Source of the DNA: Candidatus Latescibacterota bacterium | GTDB taxonomy: Bacteria; Latescibacterota; UBA2968; UBA8231 | Length of the DNA: 64,000 nt | Direction of reading: 5' to 3' | NCBI GenBank assembly: GCA_965219385.1 | Contig: CBDCNM010000002.1 | Coordinates: 3,916,305 to 3,980,304, forward strand | In this document: positions 29,526 to 39,600 of the stretch, one piece after another | Layout of the letters: the number at the start of each line of letters is the position of its first letter | Numbering within the stretch: the stretch's first letter is position 1 | The notes under the pieces: generated by a model | What the model saw: only the letters and a program-made list of their open reading frames with translations | The model's database searches: none | What the model was told of the DNA's origin: nothing | Translations under genes and position numbers: made by a program

Positions 29526-31454
29526 ATGTCGGCTGGTCGACGCGAGGGCATCACCGTCCGCGCGTTTTTAATAGGAACCTTGGCGAGTTTTTTGATCGGG
29601 GTGGGCATAGGCTATGCGCAAACCGCTATTCGAGGGAGTCCCCTGGCCATTGACTTCAGCTCGCCGGTGGCGTTTTTTCTTTTGTTTCTCATCGTGGCTT
29701 TGCTGAATCCACTGTTGGGATGGCTGCGTCGCACCTGGTACCTCACCGCGGCTGAAACCACGCTGGTCTACATCATGGCGCTGATTTCGGCTTCGATTTC
29801 CTCGATGGGGCTCACCGATTTTTTTCTTCCCTACCTGAGCGGCGCCCAGTACTACGCCAGCCCGGAGAATGGATGGGGCGAGCTTTTTCTGCAATACGTC
29901 CCGGACTGGCTGGCCGTGCGCGATCCCGAGGCCATCAAGGATTTGTACGAGGGAAACCCACAGGGGGTGGCCGATGTCCCCTGGGCAGCCTGGCTTCCAG
30001 TGCTGCTGGCCTGGCTGCCCTTCCTGGTGGCGCTTTACCTGGTCATGATCGCGCTGATGGTGATTTTGCGACGGCAGTGGATGGAGCGCGAGCGGCTGCT
30101 CTACCCGCTGATGCAGCCCTCCTTGGCCCTGATCGCCCAGGAAAAAGGGCGGTTGCTGCCGCCGCTGTTGTGCTCCGGGTTCTTCTGGCTCGGTGCAGGT
30201 ATCCCCTTTGCAGTGGGGGCACTCAATGGCCTGCACGCTTATTACCCTACCGTGCCCAGAATCGAACTGCACGGTGTCGTGCCGGTTTTCCGGGATACCG
30301 CCACCCTCAAACCTTCTATCAGCTTTGCAGCCCTCGGCTTCACCTATTTTCTGAGCCAGGACATTGCCCTGGGGATCTGGGTGTTTAACCTCCTGGCCAA
30401 GACCCAGGAGGGGGTGCTCAATATTCTGGGGGTGTCCCGGGGAGCCCATATGGAGTGGGTGACCGTGCCCATCCTGGCCCATCAAAACATCGGGGCCATG
30501 ACCGCGTTCGTGCTCTTTGGGTTGTGGATGGGTCGGGACCATTTGCGGGCGGTGGGGCGCAAGGCGTTGGGGAGGGATGCCTCGGTCGAGGATGCGGACG
30601 AGATGATGTCGTATCGCAGCGCGGTCCTGCTGGTGCTGGGCGGAAGCGGGTTCATGTGGTGGTGGCTGTGGCAGTCGGGTCTGCCGCTGTGGGCGGCTGG
30701 GGTGGTGCTGTTCATCGCGTTCGTGATTTTTTTGGGGCTGACGCGGATGGTGACCGAGGGGGGCTTTTTCATCACCCGAGCCCCGATCAACCCGGGGAAC
30801 TTCACGGTGACCGGGTTCGGGGTGGAGGCGCTGGGTCCGGCCGGGGTGACGGCCCTGGGCTATACCTTTGTCTGGGCCGGGGAGTTGCGCATTTTCGTCA
30901 TGGCGGCCGGCGCCAATGCCCTCAAGGTGGCCGAGAACATCCGCGGCAGCCGCCGGACCCTGCTGTGGGCCCTGCTGTTGGCCATTTTGTTGAGTGCGGC
31001 CGGTTCCATCTGGATCGAGTTGGCACTGGGGTATCGCTACGGGGCCGTCAACCTGAGCGGGTTTTACACAGGGTTGGTGCACTATCCCTTCAACTTTATC
31101 TCGCGCAATCTGCTAAATGCTCCGGCCCCCGATTGGGTCGGTTGGATATTGCGGGCCTGGGGTGGGCTCTTGATGGGCCTGCTGATACTGGCCAGGCAGC
31201 GCTTTTTGTGGTGGCCGGTCCATCCCCTGAGTTTACCGATCAGTTCGATGTGGATGACGGATCGGCTGCTGGTGAGCGTATTTCTGGCGTGGTTGATCAA
31301 AGGCCTCATCCTGAAGTACGGGGGGCTGCGCCTCTACCGGCGAGGCAAGCCGTTTTTCATCGGCCTGGTGGCGGGCCAGTTTCTCTCCATGGGATTCTGG
31401 GTGGTAGTTGACTACTTTACCGGCATGACCAATAATATAGTCTACTGGATGTAA
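29526..31454 (+). CDS. Polytopic inner-membrane protein (DUF6785/DUF6784-like, OPT peptide-transporter-related)
   Basis: 642 aa with many TM helices; GITVRAFLIG, LRRQWMERERLLYPL, WWPVHP motifs. Confidence 0.8.
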   Translation: MSAGRREGITVRAFLIGTLASFLIGVGIGYAQTAIRGSPLAIDFSSPVAFFLLFLIVALLNPLLGWLRRTWYLTAAETTLVYIMALISASISSMGLTDFFLPYLSGAQYYASPENGWGELFLQYVPDWLAVRDPEAIKDLYEGNPQGVADVPWAAWLPVLLAWLPFLVALYLVMIALMVILRRQWMERERLLYPLMQPSLALIAQEKGRLLPPLLCSGFFWLGAGIPFAVGALNGLHAYYPTVPRIELHGVVPVFRDTATLKPSISFAALGFTYFLSQDIALGIWVFNLLAKTQEGVLNILGVSRGAHMEWVTVPILAHQNIGAMTAFVLFGLWMGRDHLRAVGRKALGRDASVEDADEMMSYRSAVLLVLGGSGFMWWWLWQSGLPLWAAGVVLFIAFVIFLGLTRMVTEGGFFITRAPINPGNFTVTGFGVEALGPAGVTALGYTFVWAGELRIFVMAAGANALKVAENIRGSRRTLLWALLLAILLSAAGSIWIELALGYRYGAVNLSGFYTGLVHYPFNFISRNLLNAPAPDWVGWILRAWGGLLMGLLILARQRFLWWPVHPLSLPISSMWMTDRLLVSVFLAWLIKGLILKYGGLRLYRRGKPFFIGLVAGQFLSMGFWVVVDYFTGMTNNIVYWM

Positions 31455-31468
31455 ACCGGAGCCATCGT

Positions 31469-33406
31469 ATGTCTACCGCTCAACGCGAGGGAGTCACTGC
31501 CCGCGGGTTCTTGATAGGGACCCTGGTGAGCCTTTTGATCGGGGTGGGGGTAGGCTATGCGGATAATGCTATTCGGGGGAGCAGTATAGCCATCGACTTC
31601 AGTTCGCCGGTGGCGTTTTTTCTTTTGTTTCTCATCGTGGCTTTGCTGAATCCACTGTTGGGATGGCTGCGTCGCACCTGGTACCTCACCGCGGCTGAGA
31701 TCACCCTGATCTACATCATGGCGCTCCTGGCGGCCTCGATCCCCTCGATGGGGCTTACTGCCTTTTTCCTTCCCTACCTGAGCGGCGCCCAGTACTATGC
31801 CAGTCCGGAAAACAGGTGGGGCGAGCTGTTCATGGGGTACGTTCCGGACTGGCTGGTGCCGGTCAATCTCGAGGCCATCGGGAAATTCTACGAAGGGAAT
31901 CCCCTGGATGTCTCGGGGATCGCGTGGGGTGCCTGGCTCCCGGCGCTGTTGGCCTGGCTGCCCTTCCTGGTGGCGCTCTACCTGGTCATGATCGCGCTGA
32001 TGGTGATTTTGCGCCGGCAGTGGATGGAGCGCGAGCGGCTGCTCTACCCGCTGATGCAGCCCTCCTTGGCCCTGATCGCCCAGGAAAAAGGGCGGTTGCT
32101 GCCGCCGCTGTTAAGCTCTGTAGGGTTCTGGATTGGCCTGGGTATTCCCTTTGCTACTGGGATGCTCAATGGCTTGCACGCTTATTACGAATTCGTGCCT
32201 ACAATCGAGCTGCATACCTCCCTGCCGATCTTCCGCGGTACCACTGCGCTCAAACCTACCATCAGCTTTGCAGCCCTCGGCTTCACCTATTTTCTGAGCC
32301 AGGACATTGCCCTGGGGATCTGGGTGTTTAACCTCCTGGCCAAGATCCAGGAGGGGGTGCTCAATATTCTGGGGGTGCCCCGGGGAGCCCATATGGAGTG
32401 GGTGATCGTGCCCATCCTGGCCCATCAAAACATCGGGGCCATGACCGCGTTCGTGCTCTTTGGGTTGTGGATGGGTCGGGACCATTTGCGGGCGGTGGGG
32501 CGCAAGGCGTTGGGGAGGGATGCCTCGGTCGAGGATGCGGACGAGATGATGTCGTATCGCAGCGCGGTCCTGCTGGTGCTGGGCGGAAGCGGGTTCATGT
32601 GGTGGTGGCTGTGGCAGTCGGGTCTGCCGCTGTGGGCGGCTGGGGTGGTGCTGTTCATCGCGTTCGTGATTTTTTTGGGGCTGACGCGGATGGTGACCGA
32701 AGGGGGCTTTTTCGCCACCCGGGCTCCGATCAACCCGGGGAACTTCACGGTGACCGGGTTCGGGGTGGAGGCGCTGGGTCCGGCCGGGGTGACGGCCCTG
32801 GGCTATACCTTTGTCTGGGCCGGGGAGTTGCGCATTTTCGTCATGGCGGCCGGCGCCAATGCCCTCAAGGTGGCCGAGAACATCCGCGGCAGCCGCCGGA
32901 CCCTGCTGTGGGCCCTGCTGGTGGCCATTCTGCTGAGTGCGGCTGGGTCCATCTGGGTTGAGCTGGCGCTGGGGTATCGCTACGGGGCCATCAACCTGAG
33001 CGGGTTTTACACGGGGTTGGTGCACTATCCCTTCAACTTTATCTCGCGCAATCTGCTAAATGCTACAGATCCCGATTGGGTCGGTTGGATATTGCGGGCC
33101 TGGGGTGGGCTCTTGATGGGCCTGCTGATACTGGCCAAGCAGCGCTTTTTGTGGTGGCCGGTCCATCCCCTGAGTTTGCCGATCAGTTCGATGTGGATGA
33201 CGGACCGGCTGCTGGTGAGCGTATTTCTGGCGTGGTTGATCAAAGGCCTCATCCTGAAGTACGGAGGGCCGGGCCTCTACCGGCGAGGCAAGCCGTTTTT
33301 CATCGGTCTGGTGGCGGGCCAGTTTCTCTCCATGGGATTCTGGGTGGTGGTCGACTACTTTACCGGCATGACCAATAATGTGGTATACTACTTGCCGTCG
33401 TGGTAG
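31469..33406 (+). CDS. Tandem paralog of the preceding permease-like protein
   Basis: Colinear with 29526 at a constant 1943-bp offset, with long identical stretches. Confidence 0.8.
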   Translation: MSTAQREGVTARGFLIGTLVSLLIGVGVGYADNAIRGSSIAIDFSSPVAFFLLFLIVALLNPLLGWLRRTWYLTAAEITLIYIMALLAASIPSMGLTAFFLPYLSGAQYYASPENRWGELFMGYVPDWLVPVNLEAIGKFYEGNPLDVSGIAWGAWLPALLAWLPFLVALYLVMIALMVILRRQWMERERLLYPLMQPSLALIAQEKGRLLPPLLSSVGFWIGLGIPFATGMLNGLHAYYEFVPTIELHTSLPIFRGTTALKPTISFAALGFTYFLSQDIALGIWVFNLLAKIQEGVLNILGVPRGAHMEWVIVPILAHQNIGAMTAFVLFGLWMGRDHLRAVGRKALGRDASVEDADEMMSYRSAVLLVLGGSGFMWWWLWQSGLPLWAAGVVLFIAFVIFLGLTRMVTEGGFFATRAPINPGNFTVTGFGVEALGPAGVTALGYTFVWAGELRIFVMAAGANALKVAENIRGSRRTLLWALLVAILLSAAGSIWVELALGYRYGAINLSGFYTGLVHYPFNFISRNLLNATDPDWVGWILRAWGGLLMGLLILAKQRFLWWPVHPLSLPISSMWMTDRLLVSVFLAWLIKGLILKYGGPGLYRRGKPFFIGLVAGQFLSMGFWVVVDYFTGMTNNVVYYLPSW

Positions 33407-33416
33407 ATCGGAGGGG

Positions 33417-34208
33417 TTACTGCGAAGCGCCTAGTTTTCCCCCCCAGGCCCGCAGCTTCTCCACCATGCCCCGGATGCGGGACCGCGGGCTGCCGCGGAA
33501 CGCTTCGTGCAGTTGGCCAAAGTCCCCGTCGTCTGCCCTCAATGCCTCGAAGTCTTCCCCAGTCGTGGGCTCGGCCGTGAATTTCATGGCGATATAGCTG
33601 CGTTCCTCTTGCTTGCCGTACACCGCGTGGAACAGACAATCATTGAACAGCACCACATCGCCCGGCTGGACTTCGAGGGGGTGGCAGGGCAGGTCCGGAC
33701 CGGCTACGCCAAAAGCACCGAGACTGGTTTCCCTCTTTTGGGGCTGAAGCACCATTAAACGCTGACGAAAAGGTAGATGGTGAGAGCCGGGTATGATCCG
33801 CAGTGCACCGGTCTCCTTTTGCAGCGGCTGGAGGTATATCATAACCTTGATGCGGGTGTAGTGTAGTCCTGTCTGGCCGACCCGATCGCAGTGCCACTGA
33901 TGGTCGTTGGTCTCATTGAAACTACCCTTGTGACCTTCCGATCCTCCCCAGACAAAGCCCGGACCCAGCAGGTACTTAATGGGCAGGTAAATGCGGTCAT
34001 CCTCGGGTAGTTGGGCCAACCGCGGCCGTTTCTCCACAAAGGGTATCACCAGCTGATGCTGGGTTCCGTCCGCCTGCCTCTCCAGGTCTTCCCGCCACAC
34101 CTGGTTGGCCTCGCAGGTGATGTCCGCCATTTCTGCAGGCGTGAAAATCCCTCGCAAAAGGAGGAAGCCAAAGGTTTCGAAGTGGGCTGCTTGTGCTGGT
34201 GTTAGCAT
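33417..34208 (-). CDS. Phytanoyl-CoA dioxygenase (PhyH) family Fe/2OG oxygenase
   Basis: MLTPAQAAHFETFGFL; WHCD; GALRIIPGSH; LFHA; GAGGAG RBS. Confidence 0.88.
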   Translation of the reverse strand: MLTPAQAAHFETFGFLLLRGIFTPAEMADITCEANQVWREDLERQADGTQHQLVIPFVEKRPRLAQLPEDDRIYLPIKYLLGPGFVWGGSEGHKGSFNETNDHQWHCDRVGQTGLHYTRIKVMIYLQPLQKETGALRIIPGSHHLPFRQRLMVLQPQKRETSLGAFGVAGPDLPCHPLEVQPGDVVLFNDCLFHAVYGKQEERSYIAMKFTAEPTTGEDFEALRADDGDFGQLHEAFRGSPRSRIRGMVEKLRAWGGKLGASQ

Positions 34209-34367
34209 GGTTTTCTCCTCTGCGGTCTGCATATTATAGAGCTCACCCGTAGCGATCCGCGTTGCCAAGTCGCTGCGCGTGATCCATTGCACCCCGGTGT
34301 TCCAGGCTCATGCGCTCGCCCTTTTGTGTGTCGGTTCGTGGGGCACAGTATTTGTGGCTGGCAACAT

Positions 34368-35474
34368 TTACGCTGTCAATATCTCGACTTTCTGATAATT
34401 AAAGCAGTAGTAAGGGTGCTCGCCGTCCACGAGTTGAAAGTCGGTAAACACCAACCAGAAAGACCTTCCGTCCCTGGCAATCCACTTGGGTGAAATCTGA
34501 GGTTGATAGGCCTGCGCCTGTAGATCTCCGAGTGGCGTCCATTCGGTCTCTTCGTGTACTTGTCTCCACGGCCCCCAAGGTTGCTCCGCCAGCCAAAATC
34601 CCAAATAGCTCGGTTTGTCGAACCACGTGCCATCAGCGCTGCGGCCCATACCCCAATTCACCATCATAAAAACTCCAAGCGGCGCGTTGTAGACAATACT
34701 TGGACGCCAGCACGTCCAGGACCAGCGGCACTTCGGAAACGTGTGCACAACACCTCTTTCGTTGATGTCTTTGCTCCAGTTTGTCGATCCATCGTGGTTG
34801 CATGAAACGAAGAATTCATACTCAGAACGATCCAGGATTCTGCCCTGTGGAACGCGAAACATCACCAATTGGTTCATGGTGCCTTCGCGATTGCCGTTCG
34901 GCGCATAGGCGTAGACATATCCATCTCTATTGTGTTCGTAATTCCTCCCCATTTGCAACAGGGTAACAAGTGAGAACGCCTCCCCAGGTTCGTTGAAGAA
35001 AACCATATTCTCGCGATTTCGTTGCGTCCACTCTTCCCAGCATACGGGTGATCCGTCCTGGTTCTTCCAGTTCCGACCATTATCGGGAGAGAAAATGAGC
35101 TTGGCCCCGACAAAACGGGGTTCGGGCGGATCAGAGGGACGGTTTGGCACGCTGAGGAAATGATAGATATAGTCATCAATTGCAAGAATACCGGCTCCAT
35201 AGTACCTGTTCTTCTGCGGGCTCTCTCCTGATACCAGGTCAGGATATCCATGCAGATGCTCAAAGGTAGGATCGGGCGGATCCCCGTTGAGGCCGTACAC
35301 CCTGGTGTGGTATGCTTGTCCAGTAAAACCCGCCACATCCGGCCAACCTTTGCCGTCGCCCAGGACAACGTATTGCTTATCGTCGCGTGCCCATGTCACG
35401 TGCCAGTTATCACCGGAACCTCCTGATCTTTGGAGGGTCTCCTCAAGCCTGCGAATCCCAAGAACTGTCTTCAT
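34368..35474 (-). CDS. Hypothetical beta-propeller / DUF4185-like protein
   Basis: GDNWHVTWARDD...SPDNGRNW (Asp-box)...DGYVYAY...PWGPW...Y.PQISPKW. Confidence 0.7.
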   Translation of the reverse strand: MKTVLGIRRLEETLQRSGGSGDNWHVTWARDDKQYVVLGDGKGWPDVAGFTGQAYHTRVYGLNGDPPDPTFEHLHGYPDLVSGESPQKNRYYGAGILAIDDYIYHFLSVPNRPSDPPEPRFVGAKLIFSPDNGRNWKNQDGSPVCWEEWTQRNRENMVFFNEPGEAFSLVTLLQMGRNYEHNRDGYVYAYAPNGNREGTMNQLVMFRVPQGRILDRSEYEFFVSCNHDGSTNWSKDINERGVVHTFPKCRWSWTCWRPSIVYNAPLGVFMMVNWGMGRSADGTWFDKPSYLGFWLAEQPWGPWRQVHEETEWTPLGDLQAQAYQPQISPKWIARDGRSFWLVFTDFQLVDGEHPYYCFNYQKVEILTA

Positions 35475-35529
35475 TGGCGTTGTCCTCTGTCAAAGCGGAA
35501 GGGAATAATACCCGGGACAGAACGGCCGC

Positions 35530-36345
35530 TCACTGAGAAGCCCTTAGTTTTTCCTCCCAGCCCCGCAGTTTCTCCACCATGCCCCGGATGCGGGGCCGCG
35601 GGCTGCCGCGGAACGCCTCGTGCAGCAGGCCAAAGCCCCCGTCGTCTGCCCTCAATATTTCGAAGTGCTCCTCGGTCCTGGGCTCGGCCGCGAATTTCAC
35701 GAATTTCACGGTGATAAAGCTACGTCCGTCTTGCTTGCCGTACACCGCGTGGAACAGATAATCGTTGAACAGGACCACATCGCCCGGCTGGACTTCGAGG
35801 GGGTGGCAGGGCAGGTCCGGACCGGCTACGCCAAAAGCACCGAGACTGGTTTCGTTCTGAGCCGATCCGTCCAGTTCCTGGTGGAGCGCCCGTAAATGCT
35901 GACGAAAAGGTTGGTAGTGGGAGCCGGGTATGACTCGCAATGCACCGGTCTCCTTTTGCAGTGGCTGGAGGTATATCATGACCTTGATGCGGGCGTAGTG
36001 TACTCCTATACTATCGGGTCGATCGGAGTGCCACTGGAGGAGGTTGCTCTCAGTGAAACTACCCTTGTGGCCTTCCGATCCTCCCCAGACAAAGCCCGGA
36101 CCCAGCAGGTACTTAATGGGCAGGTAAATGCGGTCATCCTCGGGCAGTTGGGCCAACCGCGGCCGTTTCTCCACAAAGGGCACCACGATCTGATACCGAT
36201 TCTTGTCTGGTTGCCTCTCCAGGTCTTCCCGCCATATCTGGTTGGCCTCGCAGGTGATGTCCGCCATTTCTGCAGGCGTGAAAATCCCTCGCAAAAGGAG
36301 GAAGCCAAAGGTTTCAAAGTGGGCTGCTTGTGCTGGTGTTAGCAT
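35530..36345 (-). CDS. PhyH family dioxygenase, close paralog of 33417
   Basis: Same N-terminus; WHSD; GALRVIPGSH; LFHA. Confidence 0.88.
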   Translation of the reverse strand: MLTPAQAAHFETFGFLLLRGIFTPAEMADITCEANQIWREDLERQPDKNRYQIVVPFVEKRPRLAQLPEDDRIYLPIKYLLGPGFVWGGSEGHKGSFTESNLLQWHSDRPDSIGVHYARIKVMIYLQPLQKETGALRVIPGSHYQPFRQHLRALHQELDGSAQNETSLGAFGVAGPDLPCHPLEVQPGDVVLFNDYLFHAVYGKQDGRSFITVKFVKFAAEPRTEEHFEILRADDGGFGLLHEAFRGSPRPRIRGMVEKLRGWEEKLRASQ

Positions 36346-36373
36346 AGTTTTTCTCCTCTGCGGTCTGCATATT

Positions 36374-36574
36374 CTAGAACTCACGTGCAGCGATCTGCGT
36401 TGCCAATTCGCTGCACGTGATCCATTGCCCCCTGTTGTTCCAGGTGGAATGGATGCGGCGGCAGACTTCATCCAGCGCCTGCAGTCCGGTGCGGCGGCCG
36501 TTTGAAAAGAGACTCTGCCGGTCATTGATCAGCGGTGCGGGATCGTCGATAATAAGGGTAATGGGGAGGCTCAT
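36374..36574 (-). pseudogene. Internally deleted gene (N-terminus fused to C-terminus; deacetylase-like)
   Basis: MSLPITLIIDDPAPLIN is joined to QSLFSNG...QWITCSELA. A second copy of the tail sits at ~34230-34295. Confidence 0.5.
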
Positions 36575-36610
36575 TCGGGTCGTGAAGGGAAGTATTTGTG
36601 GTCGCTTAGC

Positions 36611-39600
36611 CTACTCCAACGCGACCACGACCGGCCCCATGCCGATCCCGGCCGCGCCCAGATCCACCCTGCTGAAATCCGCTTCATCGTCCAGGATGGG
36701 CAGGCTCCACTGCTGGCTTCCCCGGGACACCTGCGCCGTGCCCGACCGACCCCTGCCCACGGCCAGGATGGTCTCCGGTCCAACGTAGCCTTCCCAGGTC
36801 GAAGCGTCCACCCTCCGCATATAGCTCGTGAGGGTGAAGGTGGCCCGGTCGCCGGCTCCCACATCGTAGATGACGAATGATCCGCCCTGCCCGCAGGCCG
36901 CCCCTAACCGCTCCGCCGGGACCTCCTGCCCCTCCGCGGATTGCAGCACGATCCAGCTCTTCGGCTGGAACCCGCTCTCGCCCTGGGCCACCACCTCGGA
37001 TTCAATGTGATCCACGACGAAGACCTCTCCGTCGGCTGCTTGCAGATAGGCGCCGTGAAAGTAGCGGAACCCGGCCAGGGGGAAGTGGGTGTGACTGATG
37101 ACAGCCCCTTCTTTAAAAGCATCCGCCGTCCCCTCTCCAATCCGCAGGTCCACATCGAGGCTCAGACGGACCCCCTGTGCCACCGGCTCGGCCGCGAGCA
37201 CCCGGTAGGTCGACGAACGCTGCTCACTGTCGAAGCGGACGTAGTGCCCGACGAGGGCCTCGAAGGGTTCTGGAGCGCCCGACAGGACCACCTGCCGCGC
37301 CCTGAAGTCACCACCGAGGACCTCTCCCGCCACCGTCCCGGTCGTCGCTACCACCCCCAGACCTTCCACGACAAAGTGCCGGCCCCCTGTCAGGCTGACC
37401 TGCTCGATACCGGTTCTGCCCGTGCGGGCAAAGCCGTACTCCCCGTCGAATGACCAGTCCCCCGATTCCGGCGTCACCGCCCCGCTTTCCGAGGCGCTGA
37501 CCACCAGGTCGGTCCAATTTGCGGTCTCGGCGCGCACCACCACCGGCTCGAAGGCGCTGGAACCTTGCGCCGGGACGCGCTCGACCCGCTGCACGACCGG
37601 ATGGCCGGCCTCGGACGCCTCGATCAGCGAGACGAACTGCGAGGACAGAGGAGTCGGTCCCTGGCGGTGGGCCAGGGTCCAGGTGAGTTGGTAGGGCGGG
37701 TCCTCCATTGATGAGATGGGCGGCTTGCCGCGTCCCACGATCACCTCGCCGTCGTCGGCGAGGTGGCGCATGCGGAGTTCGAGGTTCGAGTCGCCGGACA
37801 GGCTCCAGGTCGCGCCCCAGGGCCGGGTAACTTCGCCGCGACGGCAGTCGTAAAGATAGGTCAGGCTGTGCCGACTGGTGTCCTCTGTGTTCAGCTTATC
37901 GATCTCCCCGTAGCCGATTTCTTTGCCCGCCGGAGAACCAGCCGGCCAGGCCTCGAGGTTGTGGAGGCCATCCACGATTGCCTCGCCGTGAGGACCGTGG
38001 AAGCTCCACCAGTGCTGGTTCCCCCCCCGAACCCGATGAATATCGAGAACGTAGAAATCCTGCTCGTCCACATCGATCAACCCCACCCAGCGGCTGTAAA
38101 CCTGATCGCGGAGCACCTGGTAGCGGCGCTTCACCCAGCCTTTTTCCTGTCTCTGGTCGGAAGCGGTCTTATAAGGAGAAGAAGGAGGAAACCGCAGGTC
38201 CTGGAAGGCCTCGCCATCGGCATGGGCCGCCTGGAAGCTCGGCGTCACCACAAACGAGCGCAGCGCCCCGCTGTACAGAATCGCATCCTCCGGACTCTCC
38301 TTCCCGGTTTTATAATACCAACCTCCCGCATAAACCTCCTCGCCCTTGGCCGCTCCCTCGGCCGTTTCGATGGGTGGTTCGCCGATCCCCTGCACCTTCA
38401 CCCGGTAGTGGGTCAGCCAGTTGCCGTCCCACACCCCGTGCGAGGCCCACGAGTAGGGGTAGCCCAGATGTGACATCAGGGGTCGCCGGTGGCCCAACAG
38501 CCCGATATCCAGCATGTCGTCGTGCCGGTGCGCCCGGGCCTGGCCGTAGCGCAGCCACAGGGCGCGGGCTTCATCCCCGCTGCCGCTTCGCAGCACGGCG
38601 ATCCCGTACCCGTCGAAGATCTGACTCTCCAGGGAGATATCGGGTCCCACGCGCTGGATGACGGCTTCCACCGCCTCCCGGCTAAGGCGGCTCTCCACGC
38701 CCGGCTCGTAGCCTTGCCCGGCCCAGAGCACCTGGGCAAAGACCGGGTCGTCGTAGGTCTCAAAGGCATACTCGTAGGCGCTGGGCTTCTCGCTCATCGA
38801 GTAGATCCTTTCGAGCGGCGGATTGTCCGGATCCGGGCCCCGCCCCCCGTCTCCAACCTGTGGGTACATCCGGCCTATGCAGACCAGTTCCGCCAGGTGG
38901 GTGTAGAGCGCCTTCATCTTCGGATCCGCAGCAAAGCTCTCGATTCCCACCCCCTGGTAGGCCTCCGGCCGTAGTTTCTGCAGACGGTCCAGCCCGAAGG
39001 CGATGGTCGGCGTATCATCCACGTGCATCCCGTTGTACCCACCCGTGGATTCGTAGGCTGCCCCGTCCCGGAAGAAGAAGTTGGGCAACCAGTAGCGCAT
39101 CTGCCCGCCGCCGTTCCAGAGCCAGTCGGCCAGCCGGGCGCCCGCCCGGTAGTTCATGCCCAGAATGAGATAGGTCAACCCCAACTGGGGGTGTGGGAGG
39201 TTGGAGTGCGCCCCCCCATCTATGGCGGTCTGCGCGCCGACGCGCAGCATGTGATCCTCGATGTAGCGCCGGATCTGCTCTCCAGATTCCAGGCCGAGCC
39301 GCTGCCGCGCCAGCTTCAGCAGATCCTCATCCTCGTCGAGTCCCTCCCAGGCCAGGTCGTAGGCCGTTGCATAGGTGACGAAATCAAAGGCCAGATTGAT
39401 GCAGTAATTGACCATGCCCGACCCGTTCAGGTCTGCCACCCTCGCAGCCCTTCTGGGCCAGCGGCCCTCGTCTAAAGAATTGATCTCGCCAAAGCCGAAC
39501 CGGTCCTCCACCTTCCCCGACAGATAGCCCCACTCGTCGGCTATGCGCAGGAGCATCACCCGAAGCTTGTGGAGCATGGCTTCGTCGCTGGTCTGCACGT

